DNA of 64,000 nt from an uncultured Candidatus Saccharibacteria bacterium (lineage in GTDB: Bacteria; Patescibacteriota; Saccharimonadia; Saccharimonadales; Saccharimonadaceae): NCBI GenBank assembly GCA_946538495.1, contig CAMNGP010000001.1, positions 121,156 through 185,155 on the forward strand, read 5' to 3'. Below the pieces are notes generated by a model. That model saw only the letters and a program-made list of their open reading frames with translations. It searched no databases and was not told the DNA's origin. Of the stretch, positions 10,997 through 21,378 are shown one piece after another (position 1 is the stretch's first letter; every line of letters begins with the position of its first letter). The position numbers were made by a program, and so were the translations under genes.

Positions 10997-11022
10997 TTTA
11001 GGCGCCCGAGTGGGCGCCTAAA
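10997..11022. terminator. Hairpin (taggcgcc family)
   Basis: tttaggcgccc-gagt-gggcgcctaaa. Confidence 0.7.
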
Positions 11023-11039
11023 CTGAGAGAGGACAGATG

Positions 11040-11231
11040 CTACTTGGGACGAGGACGATTTTGATCTTGCATGAAGATGTAGACGATGAGGACCAAGGTA
11101 AAAGCCGTGGTAAACACCAGGAACACAATTGGCACCCTCATCGTAAACTCACCACTCTTCGCCAGAAGATAGCTGACAGCTGTCAGCCACGCCATAATGG
11201 TGTCCAAGAACATCAGTATCAAGTTGTTCAT
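11040..11231 (-). CDS. Small hydrophobic hypothetical protein (63 aa)
   Basis: GGGAGG SD before MNNLILMF; two hydrophobic segments; own promoter and terminator. Confidence 0.6.
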   Translation of the reverse strand: MNNLILMFLDTIMAWLTAVSYLLAKSGEFTMRVPIVFLVFTTAFTLVLIVYIFMQDQNRPRPK

Positions 11232-11319
11232 TCTTGCACCTCCCGATAAGTTGCTCCCCCTTTGTAGAGTATATATTATCGCATTATGCGTAAAAGTCAA
11301 TTATTTATAGCCTCAGTTA

Positions 11320-11351
11320 AAAAGCTTCCTCTTCTCGGAGAGGAAGCTTTT
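11320..11351 (-). terminator. Intrinsic terminator
   Basis: aaaagcttcctct / agaggaagctttt. Confidence 0.75.
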
Positions 11352-11362
11352 AGTTTGAATGC

Positions 11363-12751
11363 TTAATCAAATTTGATTTTCTTATGAGTTAAGCGGGGAA
11401 GCATGGCGACAAATAGAGCGCCTAGTGTTATTCCGAGAACGGATACCGCAATTGGAGCAGCATTAAATTCGCCAGTAGAAGCACCTGTATTTGGTGCAGC
11501 GGGACCTTTTTTGTCATCTTCTTTAGACGTGGCTACATGATGGGCGGTAAACTTTAGGTTTTGATTCACAACAACTTGCTTAACCTGCTCGGACGTAATC
11601 TTTTCACCAGCTTTGATTTCTGTGCCATCTTCTAATTCTACATCTTTGTCTGCAGTCCAATAAGTAAACTCGTAACCATCATCTGGTTTTTGTTCCGAGC
11701 CCGAAGGATTATCGTTCTTGATTACGTCTTCGGCCTCAATGCCTGTGATATCGCCATACTCATCGGAAACGTAGGTAACCTTGTATTGGTTAGCGTAGTA
11801 TGATACTGGGCTACCGGCGGTACTATGGAATCCGTAAACTATGTCAAGACCGTTAGTTTGCGCCGCGTTACCAAGCTTTAGATACATGTTGGTCTTGGAA
11901 TTTGAGATGATTTTTTGGCCAGTGGCAAAACCAGAATAGACATAGCTACCATTTGAATCCGAAACATAGTAGTTTTTCAGATTATTACTGTTGGCTGGCT
12001 GAATAATTGCTTCTGATGCTGCAAATGTATTTGCTTTCTTTAGCTCATTGCCGCTCGTTAGCACTTTGAAGGATTGAGCCGAATCAAAGTCTCTAACGCC
12101 AAAATATAATCCATCAGACGTAAACTGCTTGCCGTTTTTAGTGAGTTTCACGTTGAGATTTACGAACACTATAGCGTCGTTTTCGGTAACTGGGATACCT
12201 TGAGCACTATATTCAGCGATATTGTCTACCTTTGTTGTGCATCCAGAATCCTTGTAGACGTATCCCGAATTATAATAAAGGTAATTGTTTTCTTCGTCGA
12301 CAACAATTGGCAAGAATTTGCCGTTGCTAGATAGCCCCGTAACGTTATCCATAATTACTTCGTTAATTTTGGCGGTCATTGCATAGTCGCCATCCGTTAT
12401 AGAAAATATGGTGTTGTCGCTAGCTTTAACGGAGTCGTTATCATGTATTTCTAGGTAGTGCGCCTTGTGGCATTTCGCACTTTCACCGACCCCAAGTCTT
12501 TGGTAGCCAGTTTTCCATAAACTACCTGAAAAACTCAGCTTAGAAGTGTTCGTTTTTACTCCAACTAATTGATTTGCCTCTAGATTGGTAACGAGATCGG
12601 AATTTATATTAACGTAGGTTCCACTAAGCGGTTGCCCACCCTGATATGTAATATTGTATTTATTGGTATCAGCAAAAACGTTAGCGCCCGAAACTAACGT
12701 CAGGCTTAGCGCCAATACACCGACGGCTGTTCCTTTTATCTTCTTGTTCAT
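11363..12751 (-). CDS. Sortase-anchored surface protein (APNTG), paralog of 14200-15555
   Basis: Signal peptide; C-terminal B-repeat-like domain; APNTGAST + TM + HKK. Confidence 0.85.
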   Translation of the reverse strand: MNKKIKGTAVGVLALSLTLVSGANVFADTNKYNITYQGGQPLSGTYVNINSDLVTNLEANQLVGVKTNTSKLSFSGSLWKTGYQRLGVGESAKCHKAHYLEIHDNDSVKASDNTIFSITDGDYAMTAKINEVIMDNVTGLSSNGKFLPIVVDEENNYLYYNSGYVYKDSGCTTKVDNIAEYSAQGIPVTENDAIVFVNLNVKLTKNGKQFTSDGLYFGVRDFDSAQSFKVLTSGNELKKANTFAASEAIIQPANSNNLKNYYVSDSNGSYVYSGFATGQKIISNSKTNMYLKLGNAAQTNGLDIVYGFHSTAGSPVSYYANQYKVTYVSDEYGDITGIEAEDVIKNDNPSGSEQKPDDGYEFTYWTADKDVELEDGTEIKAGEKITSEQVKQVVVNQNLKFTAHHVATSKEDDKKGPAAPNTGASTGEFNAAPIAVSVLGITLGALFVAMLPRLTHKKIKFD

Positions 12752-12957
12752 TTTTTTCCTTTTTTATTTTTGTGTTATGACCTTTATACTTATGGTTATA
12801 TCACGCTGCATATTAATTGTCAAGACTTTTTATAGATTTAATAATAAAATTGCCAAAAACACTTTACAAGAATAATAAAATAGTCTAAAATAGTAGGGTA
12901 GAGATTTGGAGCTGGTTTTTATTAGCGCTCCAAATAATAATAAATATAAGGAGTAAA

Positions 12958-14139
12958 ATGGCAAATTTTGACCGTTCCAAGCCACATATTAATGTGGGTA
13001 CCATGGGCCACGTCGACCATGGTAAAACTACTTTAACGGCTGCGATCACTAGCGTACTCGCAAAGAATTTCCCATCGGAAGTTAACAAGCCTGTCGCTTA
13101 CGATCAAATCGATAACGCACCTGAAGAGAAGGCTCGTGGTATCACTATCGCAACTTCTCACCAGGAGTATGAATCCAGCAAGCGCCACTATGCCCACGTC
13201 GACATGCCTGGCCACGCTGATTATATTAAGAACATGATTACCGGTGCTGCGCAAATCGATGGCGCAATCCTCGTGGTTGCTGCTAACGATGGCGCTTTGC
13301 CACAGACCAAGGAGCACATCCTTTTGGCTCGCCAAGTAAATGTGCCTAAGATTATCGTCTTCCTTAACAAGATGGACCTAGCTGACCCTGAAATGGTCGA
13401 GCTCGTCGAAGAGGAAGTTCGCGACATTCTTGAAAAGAATGGTTTCGATCGCAATTGTCCTATCATCAAGGGTTCCGCTACCAAGGCTCTTGAAGGTGAT
13501 CCTGAAAATGAGAAGGCTGTTATGGATCTTATCGATGCAATGGATGAATACTTTGAAATTCCAAAGCACGATCTTGACAAGCCATTCCTAATGCCAATTG
13601 AAGACGTCTTCTCGATTAAAGGTCGTGGTACTGTTGCCACTGGCCGTATTGAGCAGGGTGTTGTTAAGATTAACGACGAAGTTGAAATCGTTGGTCTTAA
13701 AGAAACTCAAAAATCCGTCGTTACTGGTATCGAGGCTTTCCACAAGACTTTGGATCAAGGTCAAGCTGGTGATAATGCTGGTCTCTTGCTTCGTGGTATC
13801 GAGCGCGACCAAATCGAACGTGGTCAGGTAATAGCTGCTCCTGGCACCATTACCCCACACACCGAATTCGAGGCTGAGGTTTACATCTTGAAGAAAGAGG
13901 AAGGTGGCCGTCACACTCCATTCTCAAAGGGTTACAAGCCACAATTCTACTTCCGTACTACCGATGTTACTGGTGAAGTGGAACTTCCAGCCGACAAAGA
14001 AATCGTTATGCCTGGTGACCAAGTTACCTTCAAGGTAAAGCTCTTGGCTCCAGTAGCTATGAACGACCAAGACCGCTTTGCTATCCGCGAAGGTGGCAAG
14101 ACAGTTGGTTCTGGTGTTATCACCAAAGTTATCAAGTAA
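12958..14139 (+). CDS. tuf: Elongation factor Tu
   Basis: [30 protein letters not shown]. Confidence 0.99.
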   Translation: MANFDRSKPHINVGTMGHVDHGKTTLTAAITSVLAKNFPSEVNKPVAYDQIDNAPEEKARGITIATSHQEYESSKRHYAHVDMPGHADYIKNMITGAAQIDGAILVVAANDGALPQTKEHILLARQVNVPKIIVFLNKMDLADPEMVELVEEEVRDILEKNGFDRNCPIIKGSATKALEGDPENEKAVMDLIDAMDEYFEIPKHDLDKPFLMPIEDVFSIKGRGTVATGRIEQGVVKINDEVEIVGLKETQKSVVTGIEAFHKTLDQGQAGDNAGLLLRGIERDQIERGQVIAAPGTITPHTEFEAEVYILKKEEGGRHTPFSKGYKPQFYFRTTDVTGEVELPADKEIVMPGDQVTFKVKLLAPVAMNDQDRFAIREGGKTVGSGVITKVIK

Positions 14140-14152
14140 TTGATACTTCAAC

Positions 14153-14185
14153 AAAAAATCTCCCCCAAATGAGGGAGATTTTTTT
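14153..14185. terminator. Bidirectional terminator after tuf
   Basis: aaaaaatctccc / gggagatttttt. Confidence 0.8.
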
Positions 14186-14199
14186 GATCTTATTTAACT

Positions 14200-15555
14200 T
14201 TACTTCTTGAAGCCAAGTTTCTTGTGGCAAAGGCGGGGAAGCAGACCAATCATTAAAGCGCCTAACGTTATCCCAATCACCGAGATAGCTATCTGTGAGG
14301 CATTAAGCTCTTCGGTGGACGCACCGGTGTTTGGTGCGGCTGGAGCGGGTTCCTCAGGGATAGGTGCGTGGATAGCCTTAAACTCGATATCTTCTGTTAC
14401 AACAACCTTAATGATTTGCTCGTCAGTTAGTTGTTCGCCAGCCTTGATTGTTGTACCATCAGTAAGAACGACATCCTTATCAGCAATCCAATATTTAAAC
14501 TCATAATCTTCGTTAGGAACTTGTTTAGAACCTGCTGGGTTATCTTCTATAGGGACTTTCTCGTCTTTTATCCCCGTAATCTTACCGTTATTGTCGGATG
14601 TATATGTTACGTTTAATATTCTATTGTAGTATTCTACACCACTAGCGGCAGCTTCTGCAAAGCCGAATACCGCATTAAGACCTTCTTGCTGAGTGGCTTG
14701 AGTCAATTTAACGAAGATATCGTTTCCTTCTGAGAGAGCGAAATCATTTTCGGTGGTGTACTGAGAGTATATATAATTACCTTCGGAAACGAACATATTT
14801 CGAAGACCCGAAACATATTGAGAGGGTTGCAACTTTGAAGCGTCTTTGGCAAACATGTTCTCCCGCGTCAATTCGTTGCCATGGTTCAATATTTTGTAGG
14901 ATTGAGCCGCATCGATATCTGTTAAGCCAAAGAACATTCCGTTGGTGCTATAGATACTTTTTTGTCCTTTCCTATGAAGCTTGAGATTCATTTTAACAAA
15001 AAGTCGTTCGTCGTTTTTTCTCTCTAATCTCTCGCTGTCGGTTTTATCTTCCGTACATTTCGCATCTGAATAAACATTCCAGCCGCCATAAATATAGCTC
15101 CATCCCGGAGCGACCCCTATGGTTAGTGGCTTATTTGAGGCTGCTTGTGTTCCGTTATTTACGAGCTGAATATCATCAAAACTTACGTCTACAGAATACT
15201 TATTGTTGGACATTGTGAGCGACAAGTTTTCATCCGCACCAATTAGGTTATTTGAGTCAATTGTGAAATACTTGAATTCTACACAATCTTTTCTGGAACT
15301 GTCTATAATATTGTCTAATATATATCCGCTTTTCCATCTCGTCGATTCCGATGTCGTAAGATAATCAACCTTTTTGTTTTGAAATAATGGCGCCAAACTG
15401 TTAACCAGTCCTGGATTAATATTTACGTTGCTAGAGCCTAGTGCCTCTCCACCAGAATAATTCATGCTGTAATCGGCCGCAAATACACCATGACTACACA
15501 ACAACGGAGCCAATGCAAAAAGCAGACCAATGCCTTTTATTCTTTTCTTTTTCAT
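14200..15555 (-). CDS. Sortase-anchored surface protein (APNTG), paralog of 11363-12751
   Basis: Signal peptide; shared FGLTDIDAAQSYKI / FGVRDFDSAQSFKV and YWxADKDVxLxDGTxIKAGE blocks; APNTG + TM. Confidence 0.85.
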   Translation of the reverse strand: MKKKRIKGIGLLFALAPLLCSHGVFAADYSMNYSGGEALGSSNVNINPGLVNSLAPLFQNKKVDYLTTSESTRWKSGYILDNIIDSSRKDCVEFKYFTIDSNNLIGADENLSLTMSNNKYSVDVSFDDIQLVNNGTQAASNKPLTIGVAPGWSYIYGGWNVYSDAKCTEDKTDSERLERKNDERLFVKMNLKLHRKGQKSIYSTNGMFFGLTDIDAAQSYKILNHGNELTRENMFAKDASKLQPSQYVSGLRNMFVSEGNYIYSQYTTENDFALSEGNDIFVKLTQATQQEGLNAVFGFAEAAASGVEYYNRILNVTYTSDNNGKITGIKDEKVPIEDNPAGSKQVPNEDYEFKYWIADKDVVLTDGTTIKAGEQLTDEQIIKVVVTEDIEFKAIHAPIPEEPAPAAPNTGASTEELNASQIAISVIGITLGALMIGLLPRLCHKKLGFKK

Positions 15556-15633
15556 ATTATTTTTCCTTTTTTTATTTTTGTGTATGACTTATATATTCTT
15601 ATTGTAGCGCTTATGGCTTAATTTGTCAAGACT

Positions 15634-16503
15634 TTATCGTAATTCGCCCAAATCGAGTTTTTGGCTGGCTGGCTCCTCGAGCAGTTCTGGGTTTGATAAT
15701 AGATATTGCAAGACTTTGGCCGATTTAGCAAAATAATAGCCGTCAGCAATACGCTCGTCAAAGTTCATCCCCCATTCACAAATTTTGCGAATTTCTTTTT
15801 TACCATCTTTAATCACTTCGTGGTCTTCGATTTCGCCCATGGTAAGCAGAGAAGAAGAATTGCCAAAATCGGTGATGTTGTGGTGAATAGCGCCGCAACC
15901 GATAGAACCGAGGTTAGAGACAATCATCGTGCTATAGTATAAATTGTCTTCAGCAAGTGAAGCGGGAAGTAAGCCTTTTTCGTCGGTCCACTTAAGAAAC
16001 CCCACGAGTGGCACACGAATGAGGTTTGGCATTTTGCCTAGAATATCGATGGCGGAATTCGCGCCTTTCTTATCAACCCCACCAGCGTGTTTTTTGCGAA
16101 AGCTTTCGACTTTTTTGCTGACTTTTTCGCCTATAGTATATATCGTATCGTTCTTCTCGATAGGGATCATCACCATCATCTCTTCGGAGTGATCATCAAA
16201 GCTGACCTTGGCCACAAACGACAAGACGATTTTATCATGCTCCCATATATGACGATTTGCTACAAAATAATTAAGCTTGGGGCGGTTATAAACTGTTTTG
16301 CCGATTGCCGCAAGGAATGCATGAAAATAAGTCACACCTTCGCCAGCTTTTTTCTTTTTTTCTATGTATTTAGCTAGCTCTGTTAAATCCATTCTTTGAT
16401 TGATGTAAACATCACTAACGCTGCGATTTGGCTTAAGATCGATACTAATCTGAGCCATACCCGTAACGTTCTTAACCCTGTGGGCACCTCCATATTTTTT
16501 CAT
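15634..16503 (-). CDS. 2-oxoacid dehydrogenase E2-like acyltransferase catalytic domain, standalone
   Basis: VSNLGSIG and DERIADG motifs; no lipoyl domain. Confidence 0.8.
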   Translation of the reverse strand: MKKYGGAHRVKNVTGMAQISIDLKPNRSVSDVYINQRMDLTELAKYIEKKKKAGEGVTYFHAFLAAIGKTVYNRPKLNYFVANRHIWEHDKIVLSFVAKVSFDDHSEEMMVMIPIEKNDTIYTIGEKVSKKVESFRKKHAGGVDKKGANSAIDILGKMPNLIRVPLVGFLKWTDEKGLLPASLAEDNLYYSTMIVSNLGSIGCGAIHHNITDFGNSSSLLTMGEIEDHEVIKDGKKEIRKICEWGMNFDERIADGYYFAKSAKVLQYLLSNPELLEEPASQKLDLGELR

Positions 16504-16609
16504 ATCTTGATTATAGCATGATTTGTGGTATAATGAGAACATATAAGTTAATAATTATCAAATCCGAAAAACTCTAGTCTTGAGAGGTTATCGGATAAGA
16601 AAGGTTAAA

Positions 16610-16936
16610 ATGGCAGAAACCAAGAAAGATGAGGGATTAAAAATCCGCATCCGATTAAAAGCTTATGATCACCGCGTGATTGATCAAAGCGCACGTCAAA
16701 TCGTAGACACCGCAATTCGTACCGGCGCCTCAGTAAGTGGGCCAATTCCACTTCCTACTAAGCGTTCTACTTTTACGGTCGTGAAGTCGCCACACGTTTA
16801 TAAGACTGGTGGTGAGGCTTTTGAGATGAAAGTTCACAAGAGATTGATTGACATTTCTAACGCCACCCCAAAAACCATCGAAAGCCTACAAAATCTTTCG
16901 TTGCCGGCCGGCGTAGATGCCGAAATTAAGATGTAA
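16610..16936 (+). CDS. rpsJ: 30S ribosomal protein S10
   Basis: [31 protein letters not shown]. Confidence 0.98.
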   Translation: MAETKKDEGLKIRIRLKAYDHRVIDQSARQIVDTAIRTGASVSGPIPLPTKRSTFTVVKSPHVYKTGGEAFEMKVHKRLIDISNATPKTIESLQNLSLPAGVDAEIKM

Positions 16937-16955
16937 TTATCATCATAAAAATGCG

Positions 16956-16985
16956 AAGAGCCCCTCCTATACAGGAGAGGCTCTT
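16956..16985. terminator. Bidirectional terminator
   Basis: aagagcccctcct-atac-aggagaggctctt. Confidence 0.75.
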
Positions 16986-16994
16986 ATCTATCTT

Positions 16995-18173
16995 CTAACG
17001 CCGTGAGGTCAACTGCTTGGAAACAGCCGCCTCGAGGGTGCCATCGGAGCGCTTATGGACGTACACGGCGTAGTTTTCGACGCCAACGAAGCCCACGATA
17101 AGCTCGTCAGACACGTTGGAACCAAGCACCACGTTGTTGCGCGCACCGAACGAAAAGTCGTCAGTAAGGAAAGCCTCGTGGCGAGAGTAATCCTCTGCCA
17201 GGTCCTTGATGCGCTGGCTTTCAGCCAGCTTAGCCACCACAATGATTGGCTTTTCGTTGATGATGGTGAAAATCACCGCATCATCCTTGGCGCCGGTAAC
17301 ACGGAGTTCCATGCCCCTAGAGGCGTAGAGCAGGCTGCCGCGACAGTTGTTGCGTTCGAACGAGCCGTTGCCGAGACTGGCATTCTTGTGGTTGGGAGTC
17401 TTCTTGGAGACTTCGTACAGCGACTTCAGAGTGCCGCAATCGTGCCATTCAAAATTGCCAACAGCAATTTTGAGTTCGCCCAGCAGCTTCATGAAGTCAT
17501 CGGTGGCAAGCCCCACGAGTTGGATGCCTTCAGTTGCAGAGAGTACAGTGGAAGCTCGCCAGACATTGATGCCAGTGTTACAGGCGGAGTTGCCCTGACG
17601 CATGATGCGATCAGCCTCTTCGCGCTTCGGCTTCTCGACGAAGCCAGTCACGGGGAAGCAGGGCGCCTCGACCTCTTCGTAGAGGGCGTGGCCGCAGCCC
17701 ATGGCAGTGACCAAGTCGTTTACCTTGACGCCGATAATTACAGGCTGGGACGCCTTGGCCGCTTCGATTGCTGCGTCGATAGTTGAGCCAAAATCCTCAT
17801 CGGCTACCAGGAACTGGTCCGAAGGCGTGTTAATAACGATTGCCTCTGGATCAAGCATCGAGATGAACTCGGCAGCCTTCACCATTGCGCCTGCATACCC
17901 AAAACTGGGGCTAATTTCGAGAATGTTCTGCGAAAGAACGCCCCTCGGCAGGACCTGCTCCTTAGCGAGCTCCGTCTGGTGCTCGCTTGTAGTGACAACC
18001 ACGATGTGTGTCGGCTTGACGCCAAGTCCTGTGAAGTTCTCGATGACCGCCTGGATGAACGTGTTGCGTTTGTCTAGACGGCAAAACTGCTTCGGGCGAT
18101 TAGTGTGGCTAATGGGGAACAGGCGTGTCCCCTGTCCGCCAGCGATAATCGCCACCCATACGTGTTTTTCCAT
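16995..18173 (-). CDS. Mannose-1-phosphate guanylyltransferase-like nucleotidyltransferase (GC-rich)
   Basis: IIAGGQGTRLFPIS...PKQF, FVEKP, WHDCGT. Confidence 0.85.
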   Translation of the reverse strand: MEKHVWVAIIAGGQGTRLFPISHTNRPKQFCRLDKRNTFIQAVIENFTGLGVKPTHIVVVTTSEHQTELAKEQVLPRGVLSQNILEISPSFGYAGAMVKAAEFISMLDPEAIVINTPSDQFLVADEDFGSTIDAAIEAAKASQPVIIGVKVNDLVTAMGCGHALYEEVEAPCFPVTGFVEKPKREEADRIMRQGNSACNTGINVWRASTVLSATEGIQLVGLATDDFMKLLGELKIAVGNFEWHDCGTLKSLYEVSKKTPNHKNASLGNGSFERNNCRGSLLYASRGMELRVTGAKDDAVIFTIINEKPIIVVAKLAESQRIKDLAEDYSRHEAFLTDDFSFGARNNVVLGSNVSDELIVGFVGVENYAVYVHKRSDGTLEAAVSKQLTSRR

Positions 18174-18283
18174 AGTTTCCCCCTAAAGATAGATGTTAAC
18201 GTGCCAAAAAAGCCCCTCATGGGCTCAATGCTTCAATTATATCATACTTTTAATAAAAATGCAAGTTGTGCTATAATAAATCT

Positions 18284-19555
18284 ATGAGTTTCGCTAAATT
18301 TAAGAAACGTTTTTATTTCGTTGTTGCGGGGTATTTCCGCCATTTTGCTGATAAAGTATTTCGTCGTTGGCATCCACGCGTGATTGCAGTGACAGGCTCT
18401 GCTGGCAAGACTACTATGCTAAATCTCTTAGAGCACGAAATGGGGAAGAGGGCACACTATTCCCATGATGCTAATTCGGCTTTTGGCATTTCTTTTGATT
18501 TACTTGGCTTAAGAGGCGTGCGTGGCTCAAAGTTGTATTGGGCTTGGCTATTTATTGCTGCTCCATTTAAAGGTCTTTTTAAGCGCTACAAAGAGAAGTT
18601 CTATGTGGTTGAAATCGACGGCGAGCGTCCGCACGAGGCAGAATTCCTCGCTAAATGGCTAAAACCAGAGGTTACCATATGGGTGTCGATTGGTAAATCG
18701 CACGCTGTTCAATTCGAAAAAGTCGTTGAAGAAGGCAAATTTAATAGCCTCGAGGAGGCTATTACTGCGGAATTTGCCACTTTACCACAAAATACTTCTA
18801 AATTAGTTTATATTGATGCTGATTCCAAGCTAATGAAGATGGCGACTAAGGGCATCGAGGCTAGGGTAATACCAATCAAAAAATCCGAACTCAAAAAATA
18901 CGTAGTATATCCTGATTCTACGGACTTTACCTACGGTGATACGACTTTTCATTTTAACCACCCAGAACCTAAGGATATTGCATTCTGCTTATTAGTCTTA
19001 CAGGATCTAATGAAGCGGCTAAAACTCAAGTTTAATTCCGATTTTTCTGGAGTAAGAATTGCGCCTGGACGTAGTTCGTATTTTAAGGGTAAAAAAGGGG
19101 TTGACATCGTCGATAGCAGTTACAATGCACACTTGATTTCAGTTGCTTCTATTCTAGATATGGTTAAAAGAATGCATGCGGAGCATAAGTGGCTAATTAT
19201 CGGCGATATCGTCGATCAAGGTTCGCTTACGGGAGAGGAGCACAAAAAACTCGCTCACCTAATTGCAGACGTTAAGCCGGAAAAAGTCGTGTTAGTAGGC
19301 AGACGTACCAAAAAATACACCGCACCAGAGTTAAAAGAGCTAGGAGTGTCGGCTGTAGCAACTTTAGATCCACGTAAGGCGTTAGAATATATCGATAAGC
19401 ATATTACTGGCAAGGAAACCTTGGTTTTTAAGGGAAGCCATTATCTGGAATGGGTGATCGAAAAACTTCTGGCTGATCCGAAAGACGCCAAAAAACTCTG
19501 CCGACGTGAAAAAGCGGCCGTCAATCGTCGCAAAAGTTGGGGGCTAGACTCATAG
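18284..19555 (+). CDS. murF: Mur ligase, MurF-like
   Basis: VTGSAGKTT P-loop; DSSYNA; VFKGS. Confidence 0.75.
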   Translation: MSFAKFKKRFYFVVAGYFRHFADKVFRRWHPRVIAVTGSAGKTTMLNLLEHEMGKRAHYSHDANSAFGISFDLLGLRGVRGSKLYWAWLFIAAPFKGLFKRYKEKFYVVEIDGERPHEAEFLAKWLKPEVTIWVSIGKSHAVQFEKVVEEGKFNSLEEAITAEFATLPQNTSKLVYIDADSKLMKMATKGIEARVIPIKKSELKKYVVYPDSTDFTYGDTTFHFNHPEPKDIAFCLLVLQDLMKRLKLKFNSDFSGVRIAPGRSSYFKGKKGVDIVDSSYNAHLISVASILDMVKRMHAEHKWLIIGDIVDQGSLTGEEHKKLAHLIADVKPEKVVLVGRRTKKYTAPELKELGVSAVATLDPRKALEYIDKHITGKETLVFKGSHYLEWVIEKLLADPKDAKKLCRREKAAVNRRKSWGLDS

Positions 19556-19573
19556 AATGAAGGGAGGTATTTA

Positions 19574-20254
19574 GTGGCGGATCTTTACATCATACACGGT
19601 TGGACATACACCGTAGAACCTTGGAAGACGACTTTGGCATTATTACGAGAAAACGGTATTAGCGTAAAAATGTTACATGTGCCTGGACTTACCGAGGAGT
19701 CTAAAAAAGAATTCACAATTTACGATTATATGAAGTGGGCAGATCGAGAAATTCCAGACGGAGCAATTGCGCTCGGCCACTCGAATGGCGGCCGAATACT
19801 GCTCAACTTATGTGCAGCAAAACCCGATAAGCTAAAATTCTTAATCCTATTAGATTCTGCCGGCATTTATGAACCAACCACCAAGAAAAAATTAGTGGAA
19901 TCCTTAGCAAAAATTGGTAAACCTCTCAAAAAGGTACCATTAGTTGATAAGGTTTTCCATAGAATAACTGGCTCGACTGATTACTCTAGGGCACCCGAAA
20001 ACATGAAAAAGACATTGGCTAATATGTTAGATTCCGACAAAGAATTGGATTTGTCAAAAGTCGAAACGAAAACATTCATACTATGGGGAAAGAAGGATAC
20101 CACTACTCCGCCTCGTCAAGCTACCGCAATGTACGAAAAACTGCCAAACGCAGAACTGAAGTTTTATGCAAATTGGACACATGCACCATATATTTCTAAC
20201 CCCGACGAGCTTGCCCGAGCGCTAACCACTTTAATAAAAAGGCTAAAAAAATGA
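19574..20254 (+). CDS. Alpha/beta hydrolase
   Basis: IHGW, GHSNGG nucleophile elbow, WGKKD, HAPY. Confidence 0.9.
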   Translation: MADLYIIHGWTYTVEPWKTTLALLRENGISVKMLHVPGLTEESKKEFTIYDYMKWADREIPDGAIALGHSNGGRILLNLCAAKPDKLKFLILLDSAGIYEPTTKKKLVESLAKIGKPLKKVPLVDKVFHRITGSTDYSRAPENMKKTLANMLDSDKELDLSKVETKTFILWGKKDTTTPPRQATAMYEKLPNAELKFYANWTHAPYISNPDELARALTTLIKRLKK

Positions 20255-21378
20255 AACGAATATTTTTCTTAGGGCTAGCAGCAAATTTTCCAAAAGACGA
20301 AATTTTGGCTCATACTTTTGCGATGGGGAGAAAAGAAGACCTTGCCGATTTAAAGAGTTTTTTACTGAAAAAATACGGTGGGGAGAGGGCGATTCTCGCC
20401 AAAAACGGACGCTCGGCCCTCGCCTTAGCATTAAAAGCCTATTTTGAGCCTGGTGATGCCATAATCGTGAATGGTTTTACTTGCTATGCCGTATACGAGG
20501 CAGTGAAAGCGGCGGAGCTCAAGCCAGTGTTCGCCGATATTTCGCTCGATGATTTAAACTTTAATACCGAGACAATCAAAAAGGCGCTTTCAAAAGGCGC
20601 CGAAAAGCCAGATTCGCGCGTAAAGGGTATTATAATTCAAAACACCCTAGGTAATCCGATTAATGTCGAAGAGATTGAGGCCTTCGCAAAAGAGCACGAC
20701 CTAATAATCATTGAAGATTTGGCACATTGTGCTGGCGTAAAATATGCTGACGGGCGAGAAGCTGGCACGGTAGGTGCGGCGGCAGTTCTTTCTTTTGGCA
20801 AGGAAAAATCGATTGATACTATTTCTGGTGGTGCTGTCGTACTGCGTCACCCCTATAAAAATACGATTAAAGCGCCTAGCAAGCATCCGAAATTATCCGA
20901 TCATCTGAGGGCCAGATTTTATCCGTGTTTTGGCTCCTTGTGTCGAAAACTAACATATATTCACCTAGGTGGCGCGCTGATGAAGTTCCTGACGGCAATT
21001 CATTGGGTCGAGAAATCTGCCGACAACAAACTAGATTTAGGGCGTCGACCTAGCAAATTTGAAGCGAAGCGAGCTCTGATGCAAATTAAAAGCCTGAGCC
21101 GCACTGGCGAGAAACCACTTCGAACCTTTTATCTCGTGAATGATCGCACAAAACTGCTGGCCAAGCTGAAGGGTGCTGGATACTATTTTGATGGATTCTG
21201 GTACGAAAAACCAGTTTCGCCTGTCAGATACTACAAGAAGGTGCATTTTCCCGAAAAGGACTGCCCAAATGCAGTATTTGCAGCAGAACACATCATAAAC
21301 TTACCGAGATATTATCGTAAAAAGAATCTAGAACCAGCAATTAAGATAATCGAGAAAAATTTGGAGGATAAAGCATGA
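20251..21378 (+). CDS. DegT/DnrJ/EryC1/StrS-family PLP aminotransferase
   Basis: NGRSAL, IIEDLAH, SFGKEK...GGA. Confidence 0.85.
   Translation: MKRIFFLGLAANFPKDEILAHTFAMGRKEDLADLKSFLLKKYGGERAILAKNGRSALALALKAYFEPGDAIIVNGFTCYAVYEAVKAAELKPVFADISLDDLNFNTETIKKALSKGAEKPDSRVKGIIIQNTLGNPINVEEIEAFAKEHDLIIIEDLAHCAGVKYADGREAGTVGAAAVLSFGKEKSIDTISGGAVVLRHPYKNTIKAPSKHPKLSDHLRARFYPCFGSLCRKLTYIHLGGALMKFLTAIHWVEKSADNKLDLGRRPSKFEAKRALMQIKSLSRTGEKPLRTFYLVNDRTKLLAKLKGAGYYFDGFWYEKPVSPVRYYKKVHFPEKDCPNAVFAAEHIINLPRYYRKKNLEPAIKIIEKNLEDKA

Noticed and set aside
17055-18186. Long antisense ORFs (also 38875-39645 and 37524-38096)
   Set aside because: Shadow frames of well-supported genes on the opposite strand.
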